From an uncultured virus (IMG/VR IMGVR_UViG_3300022555_000047) (taxonomy: Duplodnaviria > Heunggongvirae > Uroviricota > Caudoviricetes), in the IMG/VR virus record IMGVR_UViG_3300022555_000047: DNA of 64,000 nt, one strand, 5' to 3'. Positions 21,075 through 31,404 of this stretch are shown in pieces (position 1 is the stretch's first letter; each line of letters opens with the position of its first letter). A program made the translations under genes and the position numbers. The notes under the pieces were generated by a model, which saw nothing but the letters and a program-made list of their open reading frames with translations, was not told the origin of the DNA and did no database searches.

Positions 21075-21437
21075 TTATATGATTGTTTTAGGTTTTTTAT
21101 TCGCACCATTTTTTAATGGTTTAACTAATTCATTCATTAAATATTCTTCATAATCTCCAAAAATACATGAATTAACGTGTTCTACTCCTTTTTCAATTAA
21201 TGGATTTGCTATCATATAAATTTCACCCCTATATATCCATCGTTTCATTGAATCAAAGCCTAAATTTCTAGCATACTTTACAAATAAATAATCTCTTAAA
21301 TCACCATTAGAGTAATCTAGTAATTTATATCTTCGCCAAACTTCTTTCCAAACATCTTTTGATAATCCATATTCTTTTGAAAATCTAATAGAAGGGTCTA
21401 TTTTAAATATTTTGCTTTGCGTAATATTTATAATCAT
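21075..21437 (-). CDS. hypothetical protein
   Basis: ORF between TerL and portal. Confidence 0.5.
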   Translation of the reverse strand: MIINITQSKIFKIDPSIRFSKEYGLSKDVWKEVWRRYKLLDYSNGDLRDYLFVKYARNLGFDSMKRWIYRGEIYMIANPLIEKGVEHVNSCIFGDYEEYLMNELVKPLKNGANKKPKTII

Positions 21438-21439
21438 AG

Positions 21440-22708
21440 TTAGTTAAAACTTACATTTCTATTTCTATTTTGTGCAACTCTTTGAGCTGTAAACATATCT
21501 GGTTTAATTGGTTCACTCGCCCCCCAAACTGCTAAGGCTAAACTCATAACTCTGTCATCGTGCAATCCTTCGGGTGCTTTTACTTTTATTTTACCTTGTT
21601 CGCTTAAAGAATATTGAAATGATTCAAGTTCAGCAATTAGTCCTTCATCATCAGGTATTTTTATTTTATCTTGTTCTAATAAAATTGCAAGATTATTTAA
21701 TATATTCATACGAGAAGTTTCAGTAAATTTAAAACCTGCTCCTTCATTACAAATATTTAATCCACGAGCTTTTAAATCTTCCACTATTGGGTCGCCAACC
21801 CCTGTGCTATCAGGCATAATCAAAGCATTATTAAATCTACGAGCCATAGCTTCAATTTTTGCTTTCTGTAAATTATAATCTATTTGGTTAAAGCGTTCTT
21901 GTTGATGAACTATAAAAGTATTCAAGTTAAAAGGTGTAAGCACAGTCCAGTCATTATATTTAGCTAAATCTACTCCTAGTTGATATTCTCCATCTTCATT
22001 CAACATATAATCTTTTGGATAGCAATTTTGGTTTATTCTTTTAAAGAATTGACTAGCACCTTCTAAAAATTTACATTCATATTCTTGTTCGTAAAGTGCT
22101 TGAGGAGTATTGCGTCTTATCTCGGCTAGTTCTTCTTCGGTAAATACGTTTGTATCTTTAACTGATTTTACAGAAGTAAACCATAATGGGTTCTCTTTCG
22201 CTTTCACTAATAGCTTCCAAGAGTGGTTTTTACCTTTTGGAGTAAAGACAAAGGTTGCAGTTCCACCATTTTCCATCAAGACAGGTTGGAAAATAGCAGT
22301 CCATATTTGTTCTGGTTGTTCTGAGAACTCGTCAAAGACTACATCAAAAGGGTTTGTCCCTCGGTGCTTATCGTAATCTTCTGCTCCAATAAATCTTTGG
22401 ATAACTCCATTCTTGTAGTAAATTGCTAGTTCGCTGTCATTTTTCTTGTCGTAAAGTTCTTTGGGAATATGGTCGTTTATTAAAACATCCCAAACAACTT
22501 GCTTGGCTTGTTTGTATGTCGGAAGAACATAATAACAAACACCTGGCTCGGTTCTTTTAAAAATTCTTTTTACTTGTTTATTTAAAGCAGTTCTTGTTTT
22601 TCTAGCTCGTCTATGCCAAACGAGAATTGCAAATCTATGCGTATCTTTTAAATATTCTATCTGGTAACTGGTGGGAGCTTTAAAATTATGGGGTATCGTT
22701 ATTTCCAT
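21440..22708 (-). CDS. terL: terminase large subunit, phage A
   Basis: WHRRARKT Walker A variant, VVFDE Walker B, TPKGKNH, GVDLA, DSTGVG, HDDRVMSLALA. Confidence 0.93.
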   Translation of the reverse strand: MEITIPHNFKAPTSYQIEYLKDTHRFAILVWHRRARKTRTALNKQVKRIFKRTEPGVCYYVLPTYKQAKQVVWDVLINDHIPKELYDKKNDSELAIYYKNGVIQRFIGAEDYDKHRGTNPFDVVFDEFSEQPEQIWTAIFQPVLMENGGTATFVFTPKGKNHSWKLLVKAKENPLWFTSVKSVKDTNVFTEEELAEIRRNTPQALYEQEYECKFLEGASQFFKRINQNCYPKDYMLNEDGEYQLGVDLAKYNDWTVLTPFNLNTFIVHQQERFNQIDYNLQKAKIEAMARRFNNALIMPDSTGVGDPIVEDLKARGLNICNEGAGFKFTETSRMNILNNLAILLEQDKIKIPDDEGLIAELESFQYSLSEQGKIKVKAPEGLHDDRVMSLALAVWGASEPIKPDMFTAQRVAQNRNRNVSFN

Positions 22709-23024
22709 ATTCTACAATGTTTACTGTTAGCTTTTCTCCACCAGAAGTTATATCAGTAGGTTGTTTAGATTTATCCATTACTCTATCGTGGATTTCTCGA
22801 ATCGCTGTCATATCTCCTTCTAATGCTTTGGCAATCAACACAGGTTTTATTAAAGGCAATGCTTCTCCCAGAGATTCCTTGTATTCGGCAATCAGTTCCT
22901 TAGTAGCTTTTTTAATTATTTTATCTTCTTCCGTTTCAGGCGGTCTACCAGGACCAGGGGCAGTTCCAATATCGAAAGTCCCATCTTCTTTCCGTTTAAT
23001 TCCGTTTTCATCGGTTTCTGCCAT
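22686..23024 (-). CDS. terminase small subunit, phage A
   Basis: GTF..G..GPGRP, KALEGDMTAIREIHDR, DITSGGEK; directly upstream of TerL. Confidence 0.75.
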   Translation of the reverse strand: MAETDENGIKRKEDGTFDIGTAPGPGRPPETEEDKIIKKATKELIAEYKESLGEALPLIKPVLIAKALEGDMTAIREIHDRVMDKSKQPTDITSGGEKLTVNIVEYGNNDTP

Positions 23025-23208
23025 ATTACTTTTTAGGTTCTACAACTTCTTTTACAATAGGTAGTTTATCAAATAAATCTTTTACTGAAAAGTACGCTTG
23101 GATTGGGATGTTTAACTGCAATAGAATCTTCATAACTAAATCTATATTACTTTGCGAGATTTTTTTATCCATAAATTGATTATACTACTTTTAATTTTTA
23201 ATGCAACC

Positions 23209-23661
23209 CTATTCCCCTAACTTTGATAAAATATCTTGTAATGCTTTTTCGTGGGCATAGCACATATTGCAATCACAATCTATTCCCATTTTTTTCCAAC
23301 TTATCTCATCTATTTTCTCCTTTATCTCTTTTACTTTTTCGGCAACTGCATAAGGAATAGAATAGGAATTACAAACCATAGTAGTTTCTGCCGAACCTTC
23401 GTCATATCCAAGTTCTTTAGCTTCTTTTATAGCTTCACTTTTGGCTTGTTCTATGGCTTTCCTTTTTTGTTCACAAACAAATTCATAAAGTTTTCTATAA
23501 CATTCACTTGTTTGGTAAATTCCAAATTCATCTGGCTTGTCTAGCATATCACTTACTATTTTCCACGCACCCCATTCTTCTTTGTCGTAATCCTCATTTG
23601 GCGACTCCATCTTCTTACTGGTGAAGGAGGAAGGGATATTCTCTTGTTTGTTTTGTTTCAT
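23209..23661 (-). CDS. mosaic hypothetical protein sharing blocks with 47416-48045
   Basis: MKQNKQ, PSSFTSKKME and AIEQA...VAEKVKEI blocks are shared. Confidence 0.6.
   Translation of the reverse strand: MKQNKQENIPSSFTSKKMESPNEDYDKEEWGAWKIVSDMLDKPDEFGIYQTSECYRKLYEFVCEQKRKAIEQAKSEAIKEAKELGYDEGSAETTMVCNSYSIPYAVAEKVKEIKEKIDEISWKKMGIDCDCNMCYAHEKALQDILSKLGE
23322..23459. repeat. ~138-bp near-identical repeat shared with 47502-47639
   Basis: Direct comparison shows about 2 mismatches. Confidence 0.9.
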
Positions 23662-23680
23662 TATTCCTTAGTAAAATTAG

Positions 23681-24019
23681 TTAATAATATATCTGCTCTA
23701 ATTTATTTACTACTGTCTTTGAGCCAAAAACATTAATTCCAAAATCTTTAAACTCATTATCAATCCAATATTCACAAATTATTTTACAATCAATGAGTAA
23801 AAGAGTTGCTAGTTGTTTTAGTGTTGGTTTTTTGTAAATTCTAATATTCATAATACAAGTGCTATCTTTTCGGTATGTTATATTCCCCCAATAAAATGGG
23901 TCAATATGGTCGTGCTGTCTTGACCAATCACCCTTTTGTGTTGAAAGAGAAAAAACGGCACCATTTCTTTTGATATACCCAACGCCATTATTTATTTTCT
24001 CTTTTTTGCCTTCTTTCAT
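23681..24019 (-). CDS. hypothetical protein
   Basis: ORF in the small-gene region. Confidence 0.45.
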   Translation of the reverse strand: MKEGKKEKINNGVGYIKRNGAVFSLSTQKGDWSRQHDHIDPFYWGNITYRKDSTCIMNIRIYKKPTLKQLATLLLIDCKIICEYWIDNEFKDFGINVFGSKTVVNKLEQIYY

Positions 24020-24034
24020 TTTATTCCTTACTAT

Positions 24035-24547
24035 TTAAAATGTTTTTCTTAATAATTTCAACCAGTAATCACGATTGTAATTTGTTTTTACGTGACATCT
24101 TATACAAACACTTATCAGATTATTTGGGTTGCAGTTTTCTTTGTTGTAGTCTATGTGATGAACAGACAAAGCTCTATCCCCTTGTTTTTCACCACAAATT
24201 TGACAAGTATATTTATCTCTCTCCCGAATACTCTGTCTTAAGGTTCTAGTCCAATCAAGAGAATAAGGTTCAAAAGATTTTCCTCCTCTCCAGTTTGGTG
24301 ATAGTGCCCCTGTTTTTCCAAACATATAAGAGAGTTTTCCTTTATGTGCTTTACTCATCTTTTCTATGGTTTCTGTGTTGTGTTTCTTACCACGCATTCC
24401 ACAAGAAGAAGTATGTCTACTACTTTCCTTCATTCTTTTTCTCGTGATTTCAGAAAGTTTCCACCCTCCTCTTTTCTTTGTTCTCTCGTAAATTCCAACT
24501 TTTCCTTTTAAGGCACCTATTTTTCTTTTATATACTCCCTTTGGCAT
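24035..24547 (-). CDS. NUMOD3-HNH homing endonuclease
   Basis: MPKGVY, GKKHNTETIEKMSKAHKG, RDKYTCQIC...VHHIDY...NLISVCIRCH. Confidence 0.9.
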   Translation of the reverse strand: MPKGVYKRKIGALKGKVGIYERTKKRGGWKLSEITRKRMKESSRHTSSCGMRGKKHNTETIEKMSKAHKGKLSYMFGKTGALSPNWRGGKSFEPYSLDWTRTLRQSIRERDKYTCQICGEKQGDRALSVHHIDYNKENCNPNNLISVCIRCHVKTNYNRDYWLKLLRKTF

Positions 24548-24554
24548 ATAGTTA

Positions 24555-24875
24555 TTATAGCATTTTTTTCCTTAATTGGCTTTGTTTTTTCTCTATCCAA
24601 TGTTGGATATTTGGGCTTGTTGAGCCATCTTCGTTTGGGTTGCTTTCTAGTTCATTGATTATCTCTTTAACCCAAGAGGAGTGGAGGGAGGAGATATGAT
24701 CTACTAATTTATCTTCTGCTTCTGATAGTCCTTTTTGTAGTTGTTCTTCGCAATCCTTGTCTTGATACCAAACTCTATCTGCCACTTCTCTTTGAATAAT
24801 AAACCTAACTGCTTGTTTTAATGCGTGTTTCACTAAATCTATTTGTTCCTCTTTCCTTATTTCTTCTGTTTCCAT
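24555..24875 (-). CDS. hypothetical protein
   Basis: ORF in the small-gene region. Confidence 0.45.
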   Translation of the reverse strand: METEEIRKEEQIDLVKHALKQAVRFIIQREVADRVWYQDKDCEEQLQKGLSEAEDKLVDHISSLHSSWVKEIINELESNPNEDGSTSPNIQHWIEKKQSQLRKKML

Positions 24876-25663
24876 AGGTTATTGGTTAGATTTATAAGTT
24901 ATGGTAATTGAAATAACTTTTGCTTTGCGTTTGCCGTTTTTTCCTGTCGCATAAAGCCAACCTCTTAATTGTTCCATAGCTTCTGCTTTTGATTCGTGGA
25001 TAGAAAACGACCTTTGCATTCCACCCACTACTATCTTGTTTAAAATTCCATCAAAACACGCCCACGCTTTTATCTTCTTCTCTTTTTGTTTGGAGGGAGG
25101 CATATTAGTTTAACCAATTAAGAATAAAATCTTGTAATTCTTCAAAGTCATTTCTAATCCCAAGTTCTGTATCCGTTATTCCACTTTCAATAGATACATA
25201 CTCACAATTAGCGACCAGCGATGGTATATCTTCGTGTAATGCTTCGTCTAAAGTATGTTCTATTTGTTGCGAAGCCCACGCTAATATTGTCCCCGCAAGA
25301 TATTTTACTTCTTCTTTAGTAAATGACTCTTGGTCGGGCAGTGAGCCACTTACTATATCATTTGCATATTTTTGTTTTTGTTCTTCTTTCATATCTTCTT
25401 CCCCCACAAGTTTATTGACTTGGGGAGGGGGTTAGTTAATAATTAAATCCGCTTCTTCTAGTAATTCTTTTTGTCGAGCTTCTGCTTTAGCAATTATTTC
25501 ATCATAGTTTTTTATTTCTCTATAAATTTGGCAAGGAGTTTTTATTTCTTTCCCTATTCCCATTAAAATACCAATTTCTCTTTTTGGAAGTGGCATATTT
25601 GAGAATTTTCTATAAAAGATGTGTTTTTCCATTTTTTCTTCCCCATTCTTAGTGGGTGTTAAT

Positions 25664-26356
25664 TTATAATGCTTTTACATTTTTAAGAGCTTGTTCTACT
25701 TCTTGTTTGTCAAAGGTTTTGTCGCCAATTTTAATGGTTTCTTTTTCACCAATTCGGATACCTGTGATTTCTTCAAAGATTTGACTATTGAAGCAAGGAA
25801 GATTCTTAAACCATTCTTTATCACTTTGACTTGCTCTATTCCAATATTCTTTCCACGCTTCTTTGTAGGTAAGAGTTTTAAGTAGTCCTCCCATTTGTTT
25901 GGCACTTTCTGATTGCTCATCTTTAGGTAAGTCGTTTAATTCTACCCAAGCACAGATTTTTAAATCAGGATATATCCAAGATTTTTTACTAAATTCTGAA
26001 TAGGTAATATCACTATCTTGATTAAAGAAACGCATTTTAGGTTCGTTGGTGTTGAACCATCCGCTGTTGCGGTTTCCGCTGTTGAAGTTTCCGCTGTTGC
26101 GGTTTCCGCTGTTGTAGTCTCCGCTGTTGACGTATCCGCTGTTGCGGTTTCCGCTGTTGAAGTTTCCGCTGTTGAAGTCTCCGCTGTTGAAGTCTCCGCT
26201 GTTGACGTATCCGCTGTTGAAGTCTCCGCTGTTGAAGTATCCGCTGTTGACGTCTCCGCTGTTGAAGTTGCCAGAGTTGCGGTTGCCAGAGTTGTTACAC
26301 CCTGTATTATTTTTTAAATGCTCTTCTTTACAATACTCACATATTTTTTTACACAT
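25664..26356 (-). CDS. NSGxx pentapeptide-repeat phage protein
   Basis: 16 NSG[NDYW][RFVY] units followed by a GGLLKTLTYKEAW...IFEEITGI domain. Confidence 0.8.
   Translation of the reverse strand: MCKKICEYCKEEHLKNNTGCNNSGNRNSGNFNSGDVNSGYFNSGDFNSGYVNSGDFNSGDFNSGNFNSGNRNSGYVNSGDYNSGNRNSGNFNSGNRNSGWFNTNEPKMRFFNQDSDITYSEFSKKSWIYPDLKICAWVELNDLPKDEQSESAKQMGGLLKTLTYKEAWKEYWNRASQSDKEWFKNLPCFNSQIFEEITGIRIGEKETIKIGDKTFDKQEVEQALKNVKAL
26055..26294. repeat. 15-bp coding tandem repeat, about 16 units
   Basis: ccgctgttg core with variable bases in two codons per unit. Confidence 0.9.
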
Positions 26357-26711
26357 ATATTTTTTATTTTACTTTTAATTGATAATGTTATCCTGTGCTT
26401 GTTTCCTCCGTTCAAGGCAATGATAGGGCGAATTTTGCAGAAACTCCCTTAATTAACCTTGAACTGCGAGGGAATAAACACAGGATATTTAACTTTAAAG
26501 GAACTACTTATTAAACACACATTTATTGATAAAGAAATACCTTTTAATCGTTGAACGAATTTTATAACACCCAAAGCAAACTTGTGTAAGAGCATCGTGA
26601 AAAGTGGAATAAATCGCTTGTTGAGTATGTTTTCCTTCACAATTCTTAATATGCTCTCTAACTTCTTCTTGTTTCTCTATGTATTCATAGTCAAATTTTT
26701 TATCCATAAAA

Positions 26712-27875
26712 TTATTCATTACTATCGTCTGTTTCTATAAACTTACCACTGACCAATTTATACCAAGTATCAGATTTAATTTTCTTTCCGTCTACTTTAG
26801 CAGATTTTACTGCTATAGGGTGAACTTTGGTTAAATCATTATCTTCGTTCCATTCAGCTAATACAATAAATGAACCAAGTGATGCTTTAGCTTTTGATTT
26901 TCTTCCGATAGCACACGCAATAGCATCGGATGTTTTAGTTGCGGAGTGAGCACCATAACCAGAGGTTGCGGAGTTAGCACGATTACCAGAGGTTGCGGAG
27001 TGAGCATATTCACCAGAGGTTGCGGAGTGAGCATCATTACCAGAGGTTGCGGAGTGAGCATATTCACCAGAGGTTGCGGAGTGAGCACGATTACCAGAGG
27101 TTGCGGAGTGAGCATATTCACCAGAGGTTGCGGAGTGAGCATCATAACCAGAGGTTGCGGAGTGAGCATATTCACCAGAGGTTGCGGAGTGAGCATATTC
27201 ACCAGAGGTTGCGGAGTTAGCACGATTACCAGAGGTTGCGGAGTGAGCATATTCACCAGAGGTTGCGGAGTGAGCACCATAACCAGAGGTTGCGGAGTGA
27301 GCATATTCACCAGAGGTTGCGGAGTGAGCATCATTACCAGAGGTTGCGGAGTGAGCACGATTACCAGAGGTTGCGGAGTGAGCATATTCACCAGAGGTTG
27401 CGGAGTGAGCATCATTACCAGAGGTTGCGGAGTGAGCATATTCACCAGAGGTTGCGGAGTGAGCATCATTACCAGAGGTTGCGGAGTGAGCACGATTACC
27501 AGAGGTTGCGGAAGTTTTTTTAAAAATTTTCTTTTCAGATGCTTTACTCCAAATAAAATCAACAGATGCCTTAACCATAGTTTCTATTGAAAGACGAGCA
27601 CCAATCTTAATATTGGAGCAAGATATTTTAGTATCACTATTTTTTTCTTTATCTATTTTCCCACTTCCTTCTACTTCGTGAAAAATACTATCGTTCAATC
27701 TATAATAATATAGACAATCTAAAGGATTTTCACAAAAATGGAAGCCTGAATTACATATTTTTACTTCTCCATTATGGATATATTCTTTACCTTCTTCATA
27801 TTTGAAACCATTACAAGTTAAATCTTTATTAAATCCTTTGAAACCTTTTATTATTTTTTTGTCTTTTTTCTCCAT
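26712..27875 (-). CDS. phage protein (KGF...CNSGFHFCENPLD N-domain, DUF7666-like) with 9-aa repeats
   Basis: Conserved N-domain, 21 SATSGxxA[HN] units, VDGKKIKSDTWY C-terminus. Confidence 0.8.
   Translation of the reverse strand: MEKKDKKIIKGFKGFNKDLTCNGFKYEEGKEYIHNGEVKICNSGFHFCENPLDCLYYYRLNDSIFHEVEGSGKIDKEKNSDTKISCSNIKIGARLSIETMVKASVDFIWSKASEKKIFKKTSATSGNRAHSATSGNDAHSATSGEYAHSATSGNDAHSATSGEYAHSATSGNRAHSATSGNDAHSATSGEYAHSATSGYGAHSATSGEYAHSATSGNRANSATSGEYAHSATSGEYAHSATSGYDAHSATSGEYAHSATSGNRAHSATSGEYAHSATSGNDAHSATSGEYAHSATSGNRANSATSGYGAHSATKTSDAIACAIGRKSKAKASLGSFIVLAEWNEDNDLTKVHPIAVKSAKVDGKKIKSDTWYKLVSGKFIETDDSNE
26938..27512. repeat. 27-bp coding tandem repeat, 21 units
   Basis: accagaggttgcggagt[gt]agc plus 6 variable nt. 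Confidence 0.95.
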
Positions 27876-27974
27876 TTTTTTATTCTTTTAATTTTTAATC
27901 TTCGTTTTGTTTCTTCTATACTTTCTCCTACATAGCCAACATTTTTTAGATAATCTTTTGAGTCTTTTTTCATT

Positions 27975-28160
27975 TTAGTCATATTTTAAGTCTAGTGAAT
28001 AAAGTCTTTGACGGGCTAAAACTAAATCATTGTGCGTTTTAGTTTTTTCTCTTGCGACCTCAATTTCTTTACGCTTTGCTTTTAAATCAGCTAACATAGC
28101 ATTGTGTAAATCATTGATAACTTCTTCTATTTCTTGTTCGGGTTTCAATTCTTGTTTCAT
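27975..28160 (-). CDS. small coiled-coil protein, probably leaderless
   Basis: TTTACA-N17-TAGAAT-N6-ATG upstream. Confidence 0.55.
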   Translation of the reverse strand: MKQELKPEQEIEEVINDLHNAMLADLKAKRKEIEVAREKTKTHNDLVLARQRLYSLDLKYD

Positions 28161-28166
28161 ATCTTA

Positions 28167-28214
28167 ATTCTATACTTTTGTTTTACACTTGTAAAGCCTA
28201 CTATGCGGATAACT
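28167..28214 (-). promoter_or_regulatory. sigma70-type promoter with upstream AGTTATCCGCA element
   Basis: AGTTATCCGCATagtaggcTTTACA-N17-TAGAAT. Confidence 0.65.
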
Positions 28215-28394
28215 AATTCTCCATAATTTCCCTAATTTTGGCTAATCTTTTAAGGTGCATTTTCTCCTTATCTTTCTTGGGTATTTTGTTCATTATCGGG
28301 GTTATGCTTTGTCTAGTGTGTCCTTTAATGTCGGCTAATTCTTGAAAGGTTGGGTTGTAAATAAGTGTGCGGACAATTTTTTTTTGGAGTTTTT

Positions 28395-28865
28395 TCATAT
28401 AGTTTCTAAAAATAATTCTATCTGCTCCCAAGTTCCATTTTTGTATAAATCGGTGAGCGTTAAATAATAATCTGCGTCTACTTTAATAAATTGGTCTTTG
28501 AGTTTATCTAATTTGTCTACTGTTTCTTGTCCGTATTTTTTTACTTGGTTTTGATAATATACTCTCCCATTGCCTCCCAAGTTCACATTTTCGTGATAAC
28601 TTTGACAATGAAGATTTTTCGGATGGTAGCGTAATCTTCCGCCACATATTGAACTTGGAGTTCCATGTCCGCAGTGAGCATTACTTCCGACTACATACTT
28701 CCCACTAGTAAAACAGATATTTTTATCTCGTTCCTTAATTCTCTTACTTACTACTTCCCAAAGTTTCCTTTTTAAGATAGAGAGTTTTACTTTAGATTTT
28801 TTGGCAAGTTTTCCTCTTTTCATTGGTTTTGTTAATTTTTGTTTAAATCCTGTGCGTTTTAACAT
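28395..28865 (-). CDS. NinG/Rap-like HNH-fold recombination nuclease
   Basis: IKERDKNICFTSG, HCGH, LRYHPKNLHCQ, YGQETVDKL. Confidence 0.75.
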   Translation of the reverse strand: MLKRTGFKQKLTKPMKRGKLAKKSKVKLSILKRKLWEVVSKRIKERDKNICFTSGKYVVGSNAHCGHGTPSSICGGRLRYHPKNLHCQSYHENVNLGGNGRVYYQNQVKKYGQETVDKLDKLKDQFIKVDADYYLTLTDLYKNGTWEQIELFLETI

Positions 28866-29227
28866 AATAATAAATCCATTTTATTGATAATATCTTTGAG
28901 AGTTTCGGCGGATTGTTCTCCAAAATGTTCTATACCGAATTTTTCTTTTAATAATCTGTATGCTTCTTTTCTACTTACTTTTCCACTTTCCCAAATTTTA
29001 TCAAAGTTGTGGTGAGCATTTCTACGAAGTTTTATTGTGTAATTATCAGCCATAGTTCCTAGTGGTTTTCTGGTATTCTGGTGGCAACCTACATAAGTTC
29101 CACAAGGTGAACAGTAGTAGCACATATACGACTTGCCAAAATTCCGCCCATATCGCATTTTATTCTCTACCCACGGGGCTTCTTTACCGCATTTTGGACA
29201 TATTACTTTGTAAAAAACTTCTTTCAT
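28859..29227 (-). CDS. zinc-finger protein (DUF3268-like)
   Basis: CPKCG, YCSPCGTYVGCH, PLGTMA, AHHNFDKIW. Confidence 0.75.
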   Translation of the reverse strand: MKEVFYKVICPKCGKEAPWVENKMRYGRNFGKSYMCYYCSPCGTYVGCHQNTRKPLGTMADNYTIKLRRNAHHNFDKIWESGKVSRKEAYRLLKEKFGIEHFGEQSAETLKDIINKMDLLLC

Positions 29228-29569
29228 TTTTAATTATTAACTTTTAATCTTTCTAACATTAAATGACTTGATAATTCGTGGGGGGTGGGGATATAACGAT
29301 ATATTGCAATTTCGCTATCTGGGTTTTTTCCTTCTTCGTGAAACTTCTCTATCAATTTATCTTGTTCAAGAAGTCTTAACTGTCTGTTTATATTTGCGTG
29401 GGTATAATGGAATGGAACTTGTTTGCCTATTTTGCTATCTTTTTTATAGTGAGTTTCTTCGTGTAATTTATCTTCAATTTGTTGATGATGATAAAATGCT
29501 AGACTTCCACCTTTCCACTTTTCTCTTAATTTTTGTAATATTATATTTTTAAGAGAAGTTTTTTCCATT

Positions 29570-30016
29570 TTAGTTTGATATATACCCAAGTTCTTGTTTC
29601 GTTGGAACGACTATATCCAATTCAAAACATTTCTCTAAAGCAAATTCAATCTGTTCTATCATATCTACTTTTTTAAATCTTGCCCCATTTGAAATTGATT
29701 TGCGAACTTCTACTATATCTTTGCCGATTTTTACTTTTTGTTTACCCCATTTTAATACCATTAGAGCTTCGTGCATTTCTTCCCAAGTATTGCCTGTATA
29801 ATCTGCAATCAATCCAACGATAACTGCATAATATCTTAATTGCTGTTCGCTACGAGTAGGTTTGGCTAAAGTTATCGTCATTGTGCCTTTGTCGCCTTCT
29901 TTGGTTTTTGTATTTAAGAAGTGCTGATAATATCTTTGCGAAATTAAAGCAATTTTTTTAATGCCGTCTTTCTTGACTATCTGAAATTGGAAACTGTCCG
30001 TTGGTATTTTCTTCAT
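29570..30016 (-). CDS. NinB-like protein
   Basis: RSEQQLRYY...IADYTG...EMHE. Confidence 0.6.
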   Translation of the reverse strand: MKKIPTDSFQFQIVKKDGIKKIALISQRYYQHFLNTKTKEGDKGTMTITLAKPTRSEQQLRYYAVIVGLIADYTGNTWEEMHEALMVLKWGKQKVKIGKDIVEVRKSISNGARFKKVDMIEQIEFALEKCFELDIVVPTKQELGYISN

Positions 30017-30425
30017 ATAAGTTTATATCTTCTAAAGTTTCTTCATCATCTTCCATTTCAACTTGTCCACCACCGACCACAGGCGAAACATCTATATAAT
30101 TTTTAATTCCTTGCTTTTTCATTTCTAGAATAACTTCTTGTCCTTCGTTTATTGAAGATAATTCTTGAACTAGATAAGACAATTCTCCTTTTTCGTTTAA
30201 CTTCTTGGTTTGATAGGTTTTTGTTTCGCCATTTTCTTCTACAAGATAGCGAACATATTCAATTTTTTTGCCTGTTTTTGGGTCTGTTCCTTTGACTACT
30301 TTATCGGCTACCATTTTTACTCGGTGAGCTCCATTTGGGATAACTCCACCACCAGCTTTTTTCTTGCCTAGTTTTAGTTTAGGCTGTATGTTCGCTTCCT
30401 TCATCAATGCTTTTGATGTTTTCAT
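29958..30425 (-). CDS. putative ssDNA-binding protein
   Basis: Beta-rich core with acidic tail, next to an exonuclease. Confidence 0.4.
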   Translation of the reverse strand: MKTSKALMKEANIQPKLKLGKKKAGGGVIPNGAHRVKMVADKVVKGTDPKTGKKIEYVRYLVEENGETKTYQTKKLNEKGELSYLVQELSSINEGQEVILEMKKQGIKNYIDVSPVVGGGQVEMEDDEETLEDINLYEENTNGQFPISDSQERRH

Positions 30426-31404
30426 ATTTTTTAATTAAATTATTTATAATCTCCTCAAAACCATATTGCTTAATTTGCTCTATGATTTCTAAATTTTTAT
30501 CCGTCATTTTATCTTTGTTAGTAATTCTTTTTACGACTCTATTAAAACTACTAACTAACGGACTAATTTCGTCAAAATATTCATCGGGAGTTTCTATCTT
30601 TTTATCGTGGATAGTGTAAAGCATAGTCAAGTATGGAGAGTATTGAATTTTCCAGTTAGTTTTAAACTTTCCGTTTTCCCATAAAATCAATTCTTCTTTT
30701 GGCGGTTCAATATCTTCTTTGTGATACTTCGTGATTAACTCTAAATCTTTTTTAATTTCTCTTTCTAAATCGGGGATAATTTTATCTATGTTGTATTGAA
30801 GTAATCGGCAGTCATCTCGGCAAACATAAACAATATCTACTGGTAATTTTGTAGCGAGTCCATAGATAGCCCCTTGAAGCATATGATGAGTTCGTGGGTT
30901 GTCCTGTTCGGATAAACTTTCAAAGATAAAAGAGCCAACAGATTTGATTTCTAGTATTTTTTTTGGAATTTCGTTTGGATAGGTAGCTTGTAATGCGTTT
31001 ATAATCGCTCTAGCGGGGGTTTTAATAAAATCGGGGATATCTTCCCTATCTAGTCCTTCTATCGCTGTGTCGTAGTCCATAACCCCACCTATAATGAAAT
31101 CTAGGCGACCTGTGATAGACAAAAGTCCTTCATAGTTCATTTCTACCCTATCTTGGGTAGTAAATGGTATTCCTGCTCGGATTAAAACTGTTTTGATTAT
31201 CCATTCCCATATATCCCCAGCCATAAATTTTCTCATACTTCGGCTATTAGGCGGATTGGTATAGGGAGTTCCTTTTAGTTTATGAAATCGGTCAATCATA
31301 CTTCCGCCAAGTTCACTAGCAAAAAGTCTTTCACGAGCCATAATAGGTCTATCTTTTTTTTCTATCGCACTATTCCAAACTTGGGCTAGGTTAAAATTTT
31401 CCAT
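30379..31404 (-). CDS. PD-(D/E)XK (Cas4-like) exonuclease
   Basis: ASELG, ITGRLD, LEIKS, HMLQGAIY. Confidence 0.75.
   Translation of the reverse strand: MENFNLAQVWNSAIEKKDRPIMARERLFASELGGSMIDRFHKLKGTPYTNPPNSRSMRKFMAGDIWEWIIKTVLIRAGIPFTTQDRVEMNYEGLLSITGRLDFIIGGVMDYDTAIEGLDREDIPDFIKTPARAIINALQATYPNEIPKKILEIKSVGSFIFESLSEQDNPRTHHMLQGAIYGLATKLPVDIVYVCRDDCRLLQYNIDKIIPDLEREIKKDLELITKYHKEDIEPPKEELILWENGKFKTNWKIQYSPYLTMLYTIHDKKIETPDEYFDEISPLVSSFNRVVKRITNKDKMTDKNLEIIEQIKQYGFEEIINNLIKKYENIKSIDEGSEHTA

Noticed and set aside
26055..26294. Complete diversity-generating retroelement
   Set aside because: No reverse transcriptase or separate template/variable repeat pair in the window.
26938..27512. CRISPR array
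   Set aside because: Variable parts are only 6 nt and recur, the period is 27 nt in frame within a gene, and there is no cas operon.
30379..31404. CRISPR-associated Cas4
   Set aside because: Stand-alone phage PD-(D/E)XK nuclease in the recombination module; no array or other cas genes.
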